Below are positions 49,175 through 59,246 of a stretch of 64,000 nt of DNA, one piece after another; within the stretch, counting starts at the first letter, position 1, and each line of letters starts with the position of its first letter. The notes below the pieces were generated by a model that saw only the letters and a program-made list of their open reading frames with translations, was not told where the DNA came from and did not search any database. The position numbers were made by a program, and so were the translations under genes. This DNA is from an uncultured Chloroflexia bacterium (GTDB lineage: Bacteria > Chloroflexota > UBA6077 > JACCZL01). The DNA is taken from the NCBI GenBank assembly GCA_963765765.1, contig CAVXYC010000002.1, positions 64,001 through 128,000 of the forward strand, in the 5' to 3' direction.

Positions 49175-50462
49175 TCAAGCCAGACTTATAGGGCCGTGCG
49201 CGTAGAACCACCGTGCTTGGTAGCCTTGGCCGCATCCGAACCTTCTGGGCTCGTCGCGTGAAGGTCGCATCGGTCGCATCGATTCGCCCACAGATACGCC
49301 TCTCCGGGAGACCAGAGAAGACATCATGGAAGATGTCAGATCTCCAAGTTGAGCAAGCGACTTTTGAATGTGTTTCAACCAACCCTGTGAGTTGAAGCGA
49401 TGCATCACGACCGCCGACGATAGCTCAATCACAGCTGGCGGGACATTCACCGGATCCTGCGACGCAATAACGACTGAAACACCCTTGTGGCGCATCTCGC
49501 GTATGACTTCAACGACCTGACCGATGAGTGTTCCCCCCATGTATTTGTGGGCTTCATCGAAGACGATTAGCTTGTTGAACGCAGCTTCGCCCAAGCCAGC
49601 GCCGGAGAATACGTTCAACATTGCGACAAAGAGCCCGAGGGCCTGTTCTTTTTCGACAAATTCATCTCGCAGATCGACGATGATCAACCTGCCGGGTTGC
49701 ATCAGGGTTCGAAGTGATCGACTATCGTCGATGAAGCGACTGGCGAACTCAGTTCGGGCTCCTGTGAGAAGCCGCTGCCCTTCGGATAGCGGCGCCTCAG
49801 CCAGCGCCGCCTGGATGCCTTCTAGCGAAAGATTTGCTCGCTGCTTCCGCATCAACTCATTGACTAGCTTGAGGTAGAGCGCATCGCTGCCGGTTGTACC
49901 CACGAGAAAGCGCCAGTCCGCCACAGTGAGCTCAGCGCTAGAAAATGCGATTGGCTCAATAGTTACGCCCGGAAACTCTTCCCGCCGCTGCTCCATGGTG
50001 TCAGCCGTCGTGAGCACGACCATATCCTGAAGTGCCCGCGGCGAGCTTCCCCATTCTGCAAGTGCCGCTATTTCGTCTGGCTCATCGTTCGGCCGAATCA
50101 TGCCTCACAAACTCTGGCGGGTAATCCTGGGTCTGGTGATAGTGAAAAACCACCGCGCCCAACGGCCGAGGCAACTGGTTCAGCCCAGGTATGGGTGTCG
50201 TTGCCATTTCCAGAACGGATCCGACCGTATAACTCTTGCCGCTCCCCTGCACGCCAAAAACGGACAGTGTGTTGCATCCATTGAGATCCATCGCAATCCG
50301 TCGATCGGGGTCAGCGGCGACCGAGCCCAACAGACCGAATTGAGCGGTCGGTCGGGGCTCTCCGATAAGGACGTCGTAGCTGGGCGACTCACCTTCCTGT
50401 TGATCCTCATGCTTAGAGCTGGAACAGTCGGTCGGTAGCCCCGCCTCCGAGTCTCTCGTCAA
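49175..50462 (-). pseudogene. HerA/FtsK-like ATPase resembling the C-terminal domain of MADS MAD8; apparently 5'-truncated, frameshifted
   Basis: QFGLLG..IAMDLN..LSVFGVQGSGKSYT (Walker A), FHYHQTQDYPPEF, VDLRDE, KLIVFDEAHKY (Walker B), IREMRHKG..IASQDP, HRFNS..WLKHI. Confidence 0.7.
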
Positions 50463-50665
50463 CGCTTCGGGGACTCAGTTTCGATCCGACTTCCTGATGC
50501 GGCACTGGGCGTGCGAACCTAGAAGAGCATCCCTCATAAGGCTGCGTGATCTCATGTTGCGCTCTTTTGCTCTGGCGTCGCGGCCACCGACTTTACGGCT
50601 GGCGGATCATTCCATGCAGGCACTGCCGTCCACCGTGACGCTCACGTTCCCGAGTCCCAGATTGC

Positions 50666-50910
50666 CTGTTATTCTGAGCCGAGCGAAGGATCATCCCCGT
50701 CTGAATCCAGGAGACGGAGGAAACGGATCCTTCTCTCGCTCAGGACGACAGCGGCGCGAGTGCTGGAAAGAGTCGTGGCTCCGAGGCTTCCCAGAGACAA
50801 TTGGGGTCAATCGCGGATAGCGATGGCCTCTGCCAGGCAAGGACGTTGAGAACTGCGATAAGTTGGCCCCCGATGTCGGGGAGGGCTCCTCGTCCCTCGG
50901 GATGACAGGG
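50666..50910. repeat. GTCATCCTGAGC-type element (50666-50751) plus a half element (about 50878-50910)
   Basis: CTGTTATTCTGAGCCGAGCGAAGGAT..TCCCC..GAATCCAGG..GATCCTTCTCTCGCTCAGGACGACAG, homologous to the 20536 element including its loop; then CTCGGGATGACAG. Confidence 0.75.
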
Positions 50911-50998
50911 CTAGCGAGGAAGCCATTGACGTAGAGCGTCCAAGGGTTCATCGCCCCGCGCCATTTCATTCTCAGTCTCAATCTGAGAGACTGGCCTC

Positions 50999-53900
50999 AT
51001 GAGCGTTCCTTCCCAGCTGATTGCCTCACCGGCCGCTACGTCGAGCTCCGTTACGTCCGATCCCCTCTGGTACAAGGACGCCGTCATCTACGAGGTCCAC
51101 GTCCGGGCGTTCTTCGACAGCAACGGCGACGGCATCGGCGATTTCCCGGGGCTGATTCAGAAGCTGGATTATCTGCAGGACCTGGGCGTTACGGCGATCT
51201 GGCTGCTGCCGTTTTATCCGTCGCCGCTGAAGGATGACGGATATGACACCGCCGACTACACCGCCGTGCATCCTTCATACGGGACGATTCGGGATGTGCG
51301 GACGCTGGTGCGGGAGGCGCATAAACGCGGGCTGCGGGTCATCACGGAGCTGGTTTGCAATCACACGTCGGATCAGCATCCCTGGTTTCAGCGAGCTCGA
51401 CTTGGCGGAGCCCGGCAGCCCCTGGCGCGATTTCTACGTCTGGAGCGACACGCCGGAGAAGTACCAGGACGCGCGCATCATTTTTACCGATACGGAGACG
51501 TCCAACTGGTCGTGGGACCCGGTCGCGCACGCCTACTACTGGCATCGGTTCTACTCGCATCAGCCCGATCTGAACTTCGAGAGCCCGCGCGTTCGCAAAG
51601 CCATCATCAAGGCGCTCGATTTCTGGCTGAGCATGGGCGTGGATGGGCTCCGACTTGGATGCCGTGCCGTATCTCTTCGAGCAGGAGGGCACCAACTGCG
51701 AGAACTTGCCCAGAACGCACGAGTTCCTGAAGGAGCTTCGCCAGCACGTTGATGCGCATTACCAGGACCGCATGCTCCTGGCCGAAGCAAACCAATGGCC
51801 GGAGGATGCCATTGCCTATTTCGGTGATGGCGATGAATGCCACATGGCCTTCCATTTCCCCGTCATGCCGCGGCTGTTCATGGCCATCTACCAGGAAGAC
51901 AGCTTCCCGATCATCGACATCCTCGCTCAGACACCTTCGCTGCCCGATAGTGCCCAATGGGCCCTCTTTCTTCGGAATCACGATGAGCTGACTCTGGAGA
52001 TGGTCACCGACGAAGAGCGCGACTACATGTATCGCATCTATGCCCACGATCCGCAGATGCGCATCAACATTGGCATTCGCCGCCGGCTAGCGCCGCTGCT
52101 CGGAAATAGTCGACGGCGCATCGAGCTCATGAACGGTTTGCTCTTCTCGCTGCCCGGGCACACCCGTGCTCTATTACGGCGATGAGATCGGCATGGGCGA
52201 CAACGTTTACCTGGGCGATCGCAATGGCGTGCGCACACCGATGCAGTGGAGTGCCGATCGCAACGCCGGATTCTCACGAGCGAATCGACAGCAGCTCTAT
52301 TTTCCGGTCGTCTCAGATGCCGAGTACCACTACGAAGCGATCAATGTGGAGGCGCAGCAGAAGAACTCACATTCGCTTCTCTGGTGGATGAAGCGTCTCA
52401 TCGCCCTCCGCAAGCGCTATCGCGCTTTTGGCCAGGGTTCGCTCGAGTTCCTTCGCCCCGGGAATCGCCGCATTCTGGGGTTTGTCCGTGAGTACGATGG
52501 CGAGCGCATCCTGGTTGTCGCGAACCTGTCGCGTTTCGTCCAGCACACGAACCTGGATCTCAGCCGATACAAGGGCGCCATACCCACCGAGATGTTCGGA
52601 CAGGTTGCCTTTCCGATGATCGAAGACGTGCCGTATGCGCTGACACTGGGGCCTCACGAGTTTTACTGGTTCACGCTAGGCCCGCCAAAAGCTGACGACG
52701 CGGTGCTTCCGTGGGATAGCGCCTTGCCAACGCTCACCGTCTCGGCAGGTCTGGATTCTGTGCGCGAGCTCCTCGCGGTGCGTGCTGTGAGCTCGGCCCT
52801 GTCGCGCTTCCTGCAGCATCAGCGTTGGTATGGGGCGGCCACACGCAAGCTTAGCCAGATCGCCGTGCGGGAGACGCTGGCGCTTCCAGGCCTTGCATCT
52901 GATGCCGCGCTTGTAGTGATCCGCGCAAGCTTCACCGATGGAGCTGAGCAGACGTATCTGCTTCCGATCTCGATTGAGCGTGGCGAGCGGGCCGAGCGCC
53001 TTGTCGCCGAGAACGACCCAAGCATCATTGCGCGGATTGTCGAGCGAGGACGCGATGAGCCGCTGGTTCTGCTGGATGCCGCATCGAATCCCGCGATCCA
53101 CACATCGCTGCTCCGAGCGATTCGTGCGCGTCGCCCCCTGCTAGGCAAGGACGGCCGAGTCATTGCCACGTCCGGCTCCGAGCTCCAGACGGTGATCAGC
53201 CAGGCGACAGAGCCCCTTGATCCAGCCCTCATGTCCGTGGAGCAAAGCAACTCCGCGATCCGCTTCAGCGACCGGCTGTTTCTCAAGCTGATCCGCCGCC
53301 CCGCCACGGATATCAACCCGGAGATTGAGATCGGCAGGTTCCTTACCAGGCACGAGTTCCGTCACAGTCCCGCGGTGCTCGGTGCGCTGGAATATCAACA
53401 AGACTCGCAGCCCGCCATGGCGCTGGCGATTTTGCAGGAGCACCTGGAAAATCAGGGCAATGCGTGGTCATACACACTGGATGAGCTGGGACGATTCTTC
53501 GAGCGGGTCGTCACACGGGGAGCCGATGAGCTTGGTGCAGTACCCACGGTAGGGAGCATCCGCGACCTCGCCGACCAGACGCCACCGGACATCGTGTACG
53601 AAACAATTGAGGCCTACCTGGAGACGGCTCGAATTCTGGGCGAGCGCACCGCGGAGCTTCACCTGGTGCTTGCATCCGATTCACGCGACCCCGCGTTTGC
53701 CCCTGAGCCAATCTCCGCGCACTATCAGCGATCGCTCTATCAATCAATGCGCAGTCTGCAGCTCAATGTCTTCGAGGCGCTCAAACAGGCTCAATCCGGG
53801 CTACCCGATGAGCCGCGGTCACTGAGTGAAAGCGTACTCGAGAAGAGCGGCCAGGCCCTGTCCCTGTTTGGCGAGATCCGTGGCCGCCGATTCGGCGGCC

Positions 53901-54379
53901 AGAGAATACGAGTCCATGGTGACTATCACCTGGGTCAGGCGCTCCGCACCGGTTCAGATTTCGCCATCATCGATTTCGAGGGGGAGCCTGCTCGGCCGGC
54001 GAGCGAGCGTCGCTTGAAGCGATCTCCATTGCGTGACATTGCCGGGATGCTGCGCTCGTTTGACTACGCGACACGAGTGGCCCTGACTACGGGGATCGAG
54101 GGCGGAGTGATTCGCCCGGAAGACGCCGAGCCGCTCAGCCCATGGGCGCAATTCTGGTCCGATTGGGTGTCAGCCACGTTCGTGCGCTCATATCTCGATA
54201 TGGTGGACGGCTCTCCATTACTCCCCGCCGCGGACGAGCAATCATTGCTGCTGAACATCTTCCTACTGGAAAAGGCGATTTACGAGCTGGGATACGAGCT
54301 GAACAACCGCCCGAGCTGGTCGCACATCCCGATGCGAGGAATCCTCAATCTGCTTGCCTCATCTGAGCTCACGCGGTGA
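50999..54379 (+). CDS. treS: Trehalose synthase (maltose alpha-D-glucosyltransferase) fused to maltokinase domain, three frameshifts
   Basis: [62 protein letters not shown]; then [30 protein letters not shown]. Confidence 0.92.
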
Positions 54380-54398
54380 GCTATAGCCTGGTCATCGC

Positions 54399-55553
54399 CT
54401 ACGACGGCTCTAGCGCGAGGCGAATGGCCTCGATCCGGGCAGTGCCTTCCGAGAGCGTTGGAATGACAACGCCGCCCTCATCAAATTCATTCCAGGCGTA
54501 GAGGAGCATGACTCGCTCTTCTTCTCGCGTGGCGTAGGTATTGACCCAATCAATGCCCCTTCGCACATGCTGTGTGATCTCATCGGCGGTGGGTGGCGCG
54601 TACCAGGATTGTTTCCCGCCATAGCTCGATTGCCAGAGAGGGTCATCCATACGAGGGCGGGGATCCCATCCCAGATTGAGCAACGGAACCACGGCGCGGC
54701 CAAGTGTGTGCTCACGCTCCCAGAACGATTGGTTGGCTTGCGCCAGCGATGCGAAGGGAAGCTCGCGCTGACCCTCGAATCCGTGAGCCGTGTAAGCGCT
54801 GAAGGCATCGAAGCCGAGCTCCGGCGCATCCGCCGTGGCGTTCTGCGCGACGAAGAACGGCGCGCCTATCCCGTGCTCCACAGTTCGCGACTCAAGCAGG
54901 CCCAATGCGGAACGGGCTTCTTCCGGAGACGGGAATGTGGTGATGAACGACGCAATATCGTAGATAAAGACCAGCGGGCGATCCTGCCCCACCCGCGTAT
55001 AGCGAGGGTCTTCGAAATGGGAGATAAGCTGATCCGCGAATTCGGACCAGGTTGATGGATCACCCACGTGTGATCCCTGGAGGATCAATGCGAAGCCAGG
55101 TGGAGCGTCTTGCGGTGCGGCCAGGTACCGCTTGAGTCCATAGTTGTACTTGTCGAACTCGGTGCTCCGCTCATCGTAATAGCAGAATGCCCAAAAGCTG
55201 AGGCCGGCGCGGCGCGCATACTCGATCTCTCGGAGCATCACGTCCTGGCGATCACCCAGTATCTCCACGTCGCTGGCATGCGTGTCGACGCTGGCATAGA
55301 ACGGAAGGCGACTCTGCCACTGCGGATCATCGAGGTTTTCCGCCCATTCACTTCCGCTAAACCAACCGCCCCAGCGGATAGCGCCCACCAGCGGAGGGGG
55401 CTTACCGTTCGACACGTCGATGTGCTCGTCATCTGCCAGCGCGTCATGTAGCGGACGTCCGGGGGTTGATACTGTTATGAGCCCGAGGAATAGAGCGGCC
55501 AGCAGTCTCAGGATCTTCCGGTGATGGAGCACCGAACAGCATTGCCCCGTCAT
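54399..55553 (-). CDS. Secreted glycoside hydrolase, GH99-like/WbsX family
   Basis: Signal peptide, EIEYARRAGLSFWAF, RPLVFIY, GWDPRPR, YAWNEFDEGG..PT. Confidence 0.8.
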   Translation of the reverse strand: MTGQCCSVLHHRKILRLLAALFLGLITVSTPGRPLHDALADDEHIDVSNGKPPPLVGAIRWGGWFSGSEWAENLDDPQWQSRLPFYASVDTHASDVEILGDRQDVMLREIEYARRAGLSFWAFCYYDERSTEFDKYNYGLKRYLAAPQDAPPGFALILQGSHVGDPSTWSEFADQLISHFEDPRYTRVGQDRPLVFIYDIASFITTFPSPEEARSALGLLESRTVEHGIGAPFFVAQNATADAPELGFDAFSAYTAHGFEGQRELPFASLAQANQSFWEREHTLGRAVVPLLNLGWDPRPRMDDPLWQSSYGGKQSWYAPPTADEITQHVRRGIDWVNTYATREEERVMLLYAWNEFDEGGVVIPTLSEGTARIEAIRLALEPS

Positions 55554-55853
55554 CGCGAAGTCGGCAGCGGCCGAGCGCCCTGGAAAGAAAGTAGGTGGAG
55601 GCTCAAGGGAAATACGTGGCGCCGCGCGACGCGCCGGTAAAAAACGGGTCGGTCACGCGGGTGAGGAGAGCTGGGCGCACCACCTGAGTTCGAATCGCTT
55701 CACGGGCGATTCCGCATCAGACAACAGTCGCTATCGCGATGGCCGCTTAGCCTAGCATGTGCACGTTTTCTGCAACAAGACGATCGACGTGGGTACCCGG
55801 GGCCTTCGGCCCGACCGGATCCGAAGGCGCCCTGCCGAGGCCTATCGCGGAGA

Positions 55854-55880
55854 CGTAGTGGCGTCCCTTAACGGGTGCCA
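55854..55880 (+). repeat. GTAG-type REP, same family as 31430/31728
   Basis: CGTAGTGGCGTCCCTTAACGGGTGCCA. Confidence 0.7.
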
Positions 55881-56012
55881 TAAAGAAATCCACCTTGCGA
55901 TCGGGAAATTGCGACCCAGGTGACGTCCGAAAAAGGGGCGCCACCTGGGTCACCGTGTACCAAGCCAAACATGCCCCGGCCAGGACGGGGCAGGACGCCC
56001 GCAGTCCCAGTC

Positions 56013-58187
56013 CTACGTTGGCGAACCTTCTGAGTCAGAGTCAACGTTGATCGTGATGGTGACTCGACCCTGCCTGCCGCTCCGTCCTCCAAATGAGAGT
56101 GGCGGCGTCCGTCCGAAGGATGAATGGTTTCCTGTTATTGCCAATGAGCCGGGAGCGGCAAAGGTTTGAGCGGGACGGACGGATGACGACAGACTAAAGC
56201 TCCTTGGAGCGGGAGCTATGGCGCCATTCGGAATGTATTCAGACGGCGCTTCTGGCGGGGCGGGAATCGCTACTGGTGTCAAAAAGACATAACACTGAAT
56301 CCACTCAAACTCCCAGCCGTAGTTGCCCGTACCCAGCTCGGACCAATTTGTGGTGTAGAAATGATCGCCAATATCAGCGTTCCAGTATCGGTACAGCGGC
56401 ACTGCGCCAGCCAGTGGAGCGGGCAGCACGTAGCACTGGATCTTTTCGAAGTCCCACCCCCACGCTCCGTTGCCCAGCTCGTTCCAGTCCGTGGTGTAGA
56501 AGTGATCGCCCCATGGATAGCTCACGTATCGATAGAGCGGCACGGTTCCGGGGCGCGGCGTTGCAGACGCATAGCAGGTGATGCCCTCGTAGATGTAGCC
56601 GTAATTTCCGTTGCCCAGCTCGTTCCAATCGGTCGTATAGAAATGGTCGGTAGCTCCCGGACTCATGTAGCGATGCATCGGCACGGCGACAGTCGGGATA
56701 TTGAGGCTCTGGATCGCCTGCTGGAGGTCTGGTCGATTGCCAATGCGCTGGGTGGCCGGACGGCCGGTCGCATTCTGCTGGGCCGAGCCGGTGGTTCGCA
56801 GGAGATTTCGCGCGGCAGCCGGCGTAAGCGGTGTTTGAGCGTGGGCTCGCAGCACACCCTGGATACAGGCGAGCGACCCCACAATGATCGGCGACGCGCT
56901 GGATGTGCCGCTAAACGTGTCCGTATACCAGAGGTCCTCGTCCGGTCCGCCCTGAAAGTCGCCGTAGCCACACGTTGTGACCTCGCGCCCCCAGCCCTGT
57001 GCATCGATCATCGCGCCGTAATTGGAGAAGTCGAGTCGTGACCTGTCAGGACCGTGATTCCTGCCGTGGGTCCCCGGTGGTGGTGCGCCCGCGCCTACGA
57101 CAATCGCCCCGGAGTCCGCGGTGGATCGACGGAACGGATTGGACCAGCTGGCCGGAAAGCCCAGACCGGGTGTGTCGTATATCGCGTCGTCCAGGTCCTC
57201 GGCACCATTGCCGGCGGCCTCAACGACCACGACGCCGCGAGCGACGGCGTACTGAATGGCCGCGAAGTCATCGGGCCACCACTCTACGGCGATGTAGCCG
57301 CGCTGGTCCGAGCGAAGCTGAAAGTTGAAACGCGGACCTGGACGATGCAGCTCGATCAAGATGACGTCGCCCGGATTGAGCCGGTCGGCAGCCTGTCGAA
57401 TGGCCGCGGCGGAGCCCAGCGCGCCGAAGATGGAGATGGCTCGCACGTGGGCTTCCGGCGCGATTCCCGTGATGCCCAGACCGTTATCGTCTCCTCCGAT
57501 CTCGCCAATCACCGCGGTCCCGTGGTTGCGCCACACGATGTCTGTTGACTGAGTGCCGCCCACTACGCCTCCCTGGTTCTGGAGGAGATCCTCATGGGAA
57601 AAGCGCCAGGCGCCCTCGATATCAATGACGCCCACATTGGCCCCACGACCACCAGGATGGGTCCAGGCGTGGAGCGCATCGACTCCGCCGGGGGCGGCCT
57701 GAAGATAGATCTGCCGCGAAGTAAGATCAGCCGTGGCCGGAGGCGGCGGCTCCGGCGATGGCAACATGTCATTGATTTGGGGCGGCGCAGCCGGCGGCTT
57801 TACGTAGGCTGCTTCAACCGTGTCGAGCGCGCGCAAGCGCTCGGCGAGCGTCTCGAGCTGATCGTCCGCGGCCTGCACACGATAAAACGCCGAAAGGTGC
57901 GGAGTACTTGTTCCGAGCGACTCAAGGGCTGGCGCTCCGGGACGGGGCCGCCCTTCAGTCAAGCCAAAGAGTTTCTGAAGGGTGGCGCCATATTCCTGAA
58001 GTACCGCGTTGAGGGGCGCAGCTTCTTCGGGTGTCTCTGTGGGTCCGACGCCGAGTGATTCCAGCGGTCCGTCTTGCTGAGCGGCGATGACCACCAGCTC
58101 GCGCTCCGAATGCCCGCCTCCCACGCTGGACTGCTCAGTATGAGTGTTGTTCGCTCGTCGACCTCTTGGCGATCGTCGCTCTGCCAT
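56013..58187 (-). CDS. S8 subtilase-family serine protease with N-terminal prodomain and three C-terminal HFYTT repeats (DUF5648-like)
   Basis: VIDIEG (Asp), NHGTAV (His), AAGNG (oxyanion Asn), FSGTSSASP (Ser), and three copies of (L/M).RY...DHFYTT.W.ELG.G..G...E.I.CY. No signal peptide. Confidence 0.92.
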   Translation of the reverse strand: MAERRSPRGRRANNTHTEQSSVGGGHSERELVVIAAQQDGPLESLGVGPTETPEEAAPLNAVLQEYGATLQKLFGLTEGRPRPGAPALESLGTSTPHLSAFYRVQAADDQLETLAERLRALDTVEAAYVKPPAAPPQINDMLPSPEPPPPATADLTSRQIYLQAAPGGVDALHAWTHPGGRGANVGVIDIEGAWRFSHEDLLQNQGGVVGGTQSTDIVWRNHGTAVIGEIGGDDNGLGITGIAPEAHVRAISIFGALGSAAAIRQAADRLNPGDVILIELHRPGPRFNFQLRSDQRGYIAVEWWPDDFAAIQYAVARGVVVVEAAGNGAEDLDDAIYDTPGLGFPASWSNPFRRSTADSGAIVVGAGAPPPGTHGRNHGPDRSRLDFSNYGAMIDAQGWGREVTTCGYGDFQGGPDEDLWYTDTFSGTSSASPIIVGSLACIQGVLRAHAQTPLTPAAARNLLRTTGSAQQNATGRPATQRIGNRPDLQQAIQSLNIPTVAVPMHRYMSPGATDHFYTTDWNELGNGNYGYIYEGITCYASATPRPGTVPLYRYVSYPWGDHFYTTDWNELGNGAWGWDFEKIQCYVLPAPLAGAVPLYRYWNADIGDHFYTTNWSELGTGNYGWEFEWIQCYVFLTPVAIPAPPEAPSEYIPNGAIAPAPRSFSLSSSVRPAQTFAAPGSLAITGNHSSFGRTPPLSFGGRSGRQGRVTITINVDSDSEGSPT

Positions 58188-58223
58188 GGCTCCGCCTACC
58201 TCCTGTTGGTTCTTCGGGGGATC

Positions 58224-58499
58224 TCACGGCAATGCCTCGGGTGGCTTCATGTATGCCGCGTCCACGGCCTCGCATGCGTTCAGTCGTTCGATCACGCGCT
58301 GGGCCGTGCTGTCATCCGGGACGTCCACGGTGAAGTATCTGGATAGCTCAGCATCAGCGACGCCAGGGTGCATGGCCTTCAGCGCCACGCCAAGCTCGTC
58401 CGCGGTGCGCAAGACATCGCGGGCGGCGTCATTGGGTGGCGACTGCTGCTGAAGCGACGGCGCCGTGTCTGCTTGGACAAGAACGGTTATGCGCGCCAC
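58224..58499 (-). CDS. Stand-alone subtilase-prodomain-like protein (91 aa)
   Basis: LSRYFTVDVPDD..ERLNACEAVDAAYMKPPEALP aligns with the protease prodomain LSAFYRVQAADD..ERLRALDTVEAAYVKPPAAPP. GGAG RBS, 36 nt upstream of the protease. Confidence 0.8.
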   Translation of the reverse strand: MARITVLVQADTAPSLQQQSPPNDAARDVLRTADELGVALKAMHPGVADAELSRYFTVDVPDDSTAQRVIERLNACEAVDAAYMKPPEALP

Positions 58500-58617
58500 G
58501 GTGCCGGCTCTCCGTGCGTGATTGGAATTCCCGAATTCGACGACAGGAGGCTATCGAGGAGCACCATGGCTGTCAAGAATCAGTTGGGGCTCCTGAACGC
58601 ATACTGGAGAAGTGTCC

Positions 58618-58715
58618 TGGAGTGCGGCGTGCGGAGCGCCGCTTTGGATGGCCGTGACATCGTTGACACAAGTTGTGGGGAAAAGTGAAGGCGGCGCTCC
58701 GCACGCCGCACTTCA
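58618..58715. repeat. REPIN-like element (GGAGTGCGGC...GCCGCTTT type), 28-bp inverted repeat
   Basis: TGGAGTGCGGCGTGCGGAGCGCCGCTTT ... AAGGCGGCGCTCCGCACGCCGCACTTCA (two mismatches). Confidence 0.8.
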
Positions 58716-58737
58716 ATGCGCTTCGCACGGTGACCTG

Positions 58738-58986
58738 CTATTTCACGTATTCGTCTTGGCTTACCGGTGCGTCAGGTAGCTCTCGATCTAGCGACTCTCG
58801 GTATTTCAAGCAGCCTCGGAGAAATTGAGGCCACGGAGGCACCGCAATGTTGTCGGGCATGGGCTCGGGCAGCAATCCCCAGAGCTGTGGATGGTGCCAG
58901 CAGAGTTGCTGGCCGCTGCTGTCGCGATGCTCTCGAATGCCTGCCCGGAGCCGTCGCGCCTCTGAAATGAGCTGATCGCGCGACAT
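58738..58986 (-). CDS. Small hypothetical protein (LCWHHP motif)
   Basis: Protein-like composition: LRAGIREHRDSSG..LCWHHPQLWGLLPE..WPQFLRGCLKYRESLD. May start a few codons earlier. Confidence 0.7.
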   Translation of the reverse strand: MSRDQLISEARRLRAGIREHRDSSGQQLCWHHPQLWGLLPEPMPDNIAVPPWPQFLRGCLKYRESLDRELPDAPVSQDEYVK

Positions 58987-59246
58987 GCCTTTGAGATCCT
59001 CGTCGAGGCTCCCATCGGCTGTCCGAGCTGGATGTCGTCGGGTGTAGTCGAGATTCCGCGGAGCGATCGTTGTCCGAGCTCATGAACAACTGGAAGCACA
59101 ATGCTTGCCATTTACCGAAGATCGGCAGACGATGGGCGCTGTTCTGCAGGGACGAGCGCCGAATCGCATCGAGTCTCGTAGTGCAGGCAGCTCGCCATCA
59201 CATGCGACTTCTCGATCTGCCCCGTTACGGCACGGTATTGACGACA

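Noticed and set aside
9103-54379. Programmed ribosomal frameshifting in boxC, boxB, treS and others
   Set aside because: Shifts are numerous, lack consistent slippery heptamers and hit ordinary enzymes; sequencing error is simpler.
50999-54379. TreS-maltokinase fusion as a novelty
   Set aside because: This is a well-known fusion architecture.
56100-56170. PGSLAITG as an encapsulin targeting peptide
   Set aside because: Only loosely like the GSLxIGSL consensus, and there is no encapsulin gene in the window.
56290-56680. Three ~135-bp DNA repeats as a DGR template/variable pair or CRISPR-like array
   Set aside because: They are in-frame protein repeats, differences are not adenine-specific, and no reverse transcriptase or cas gene is present.
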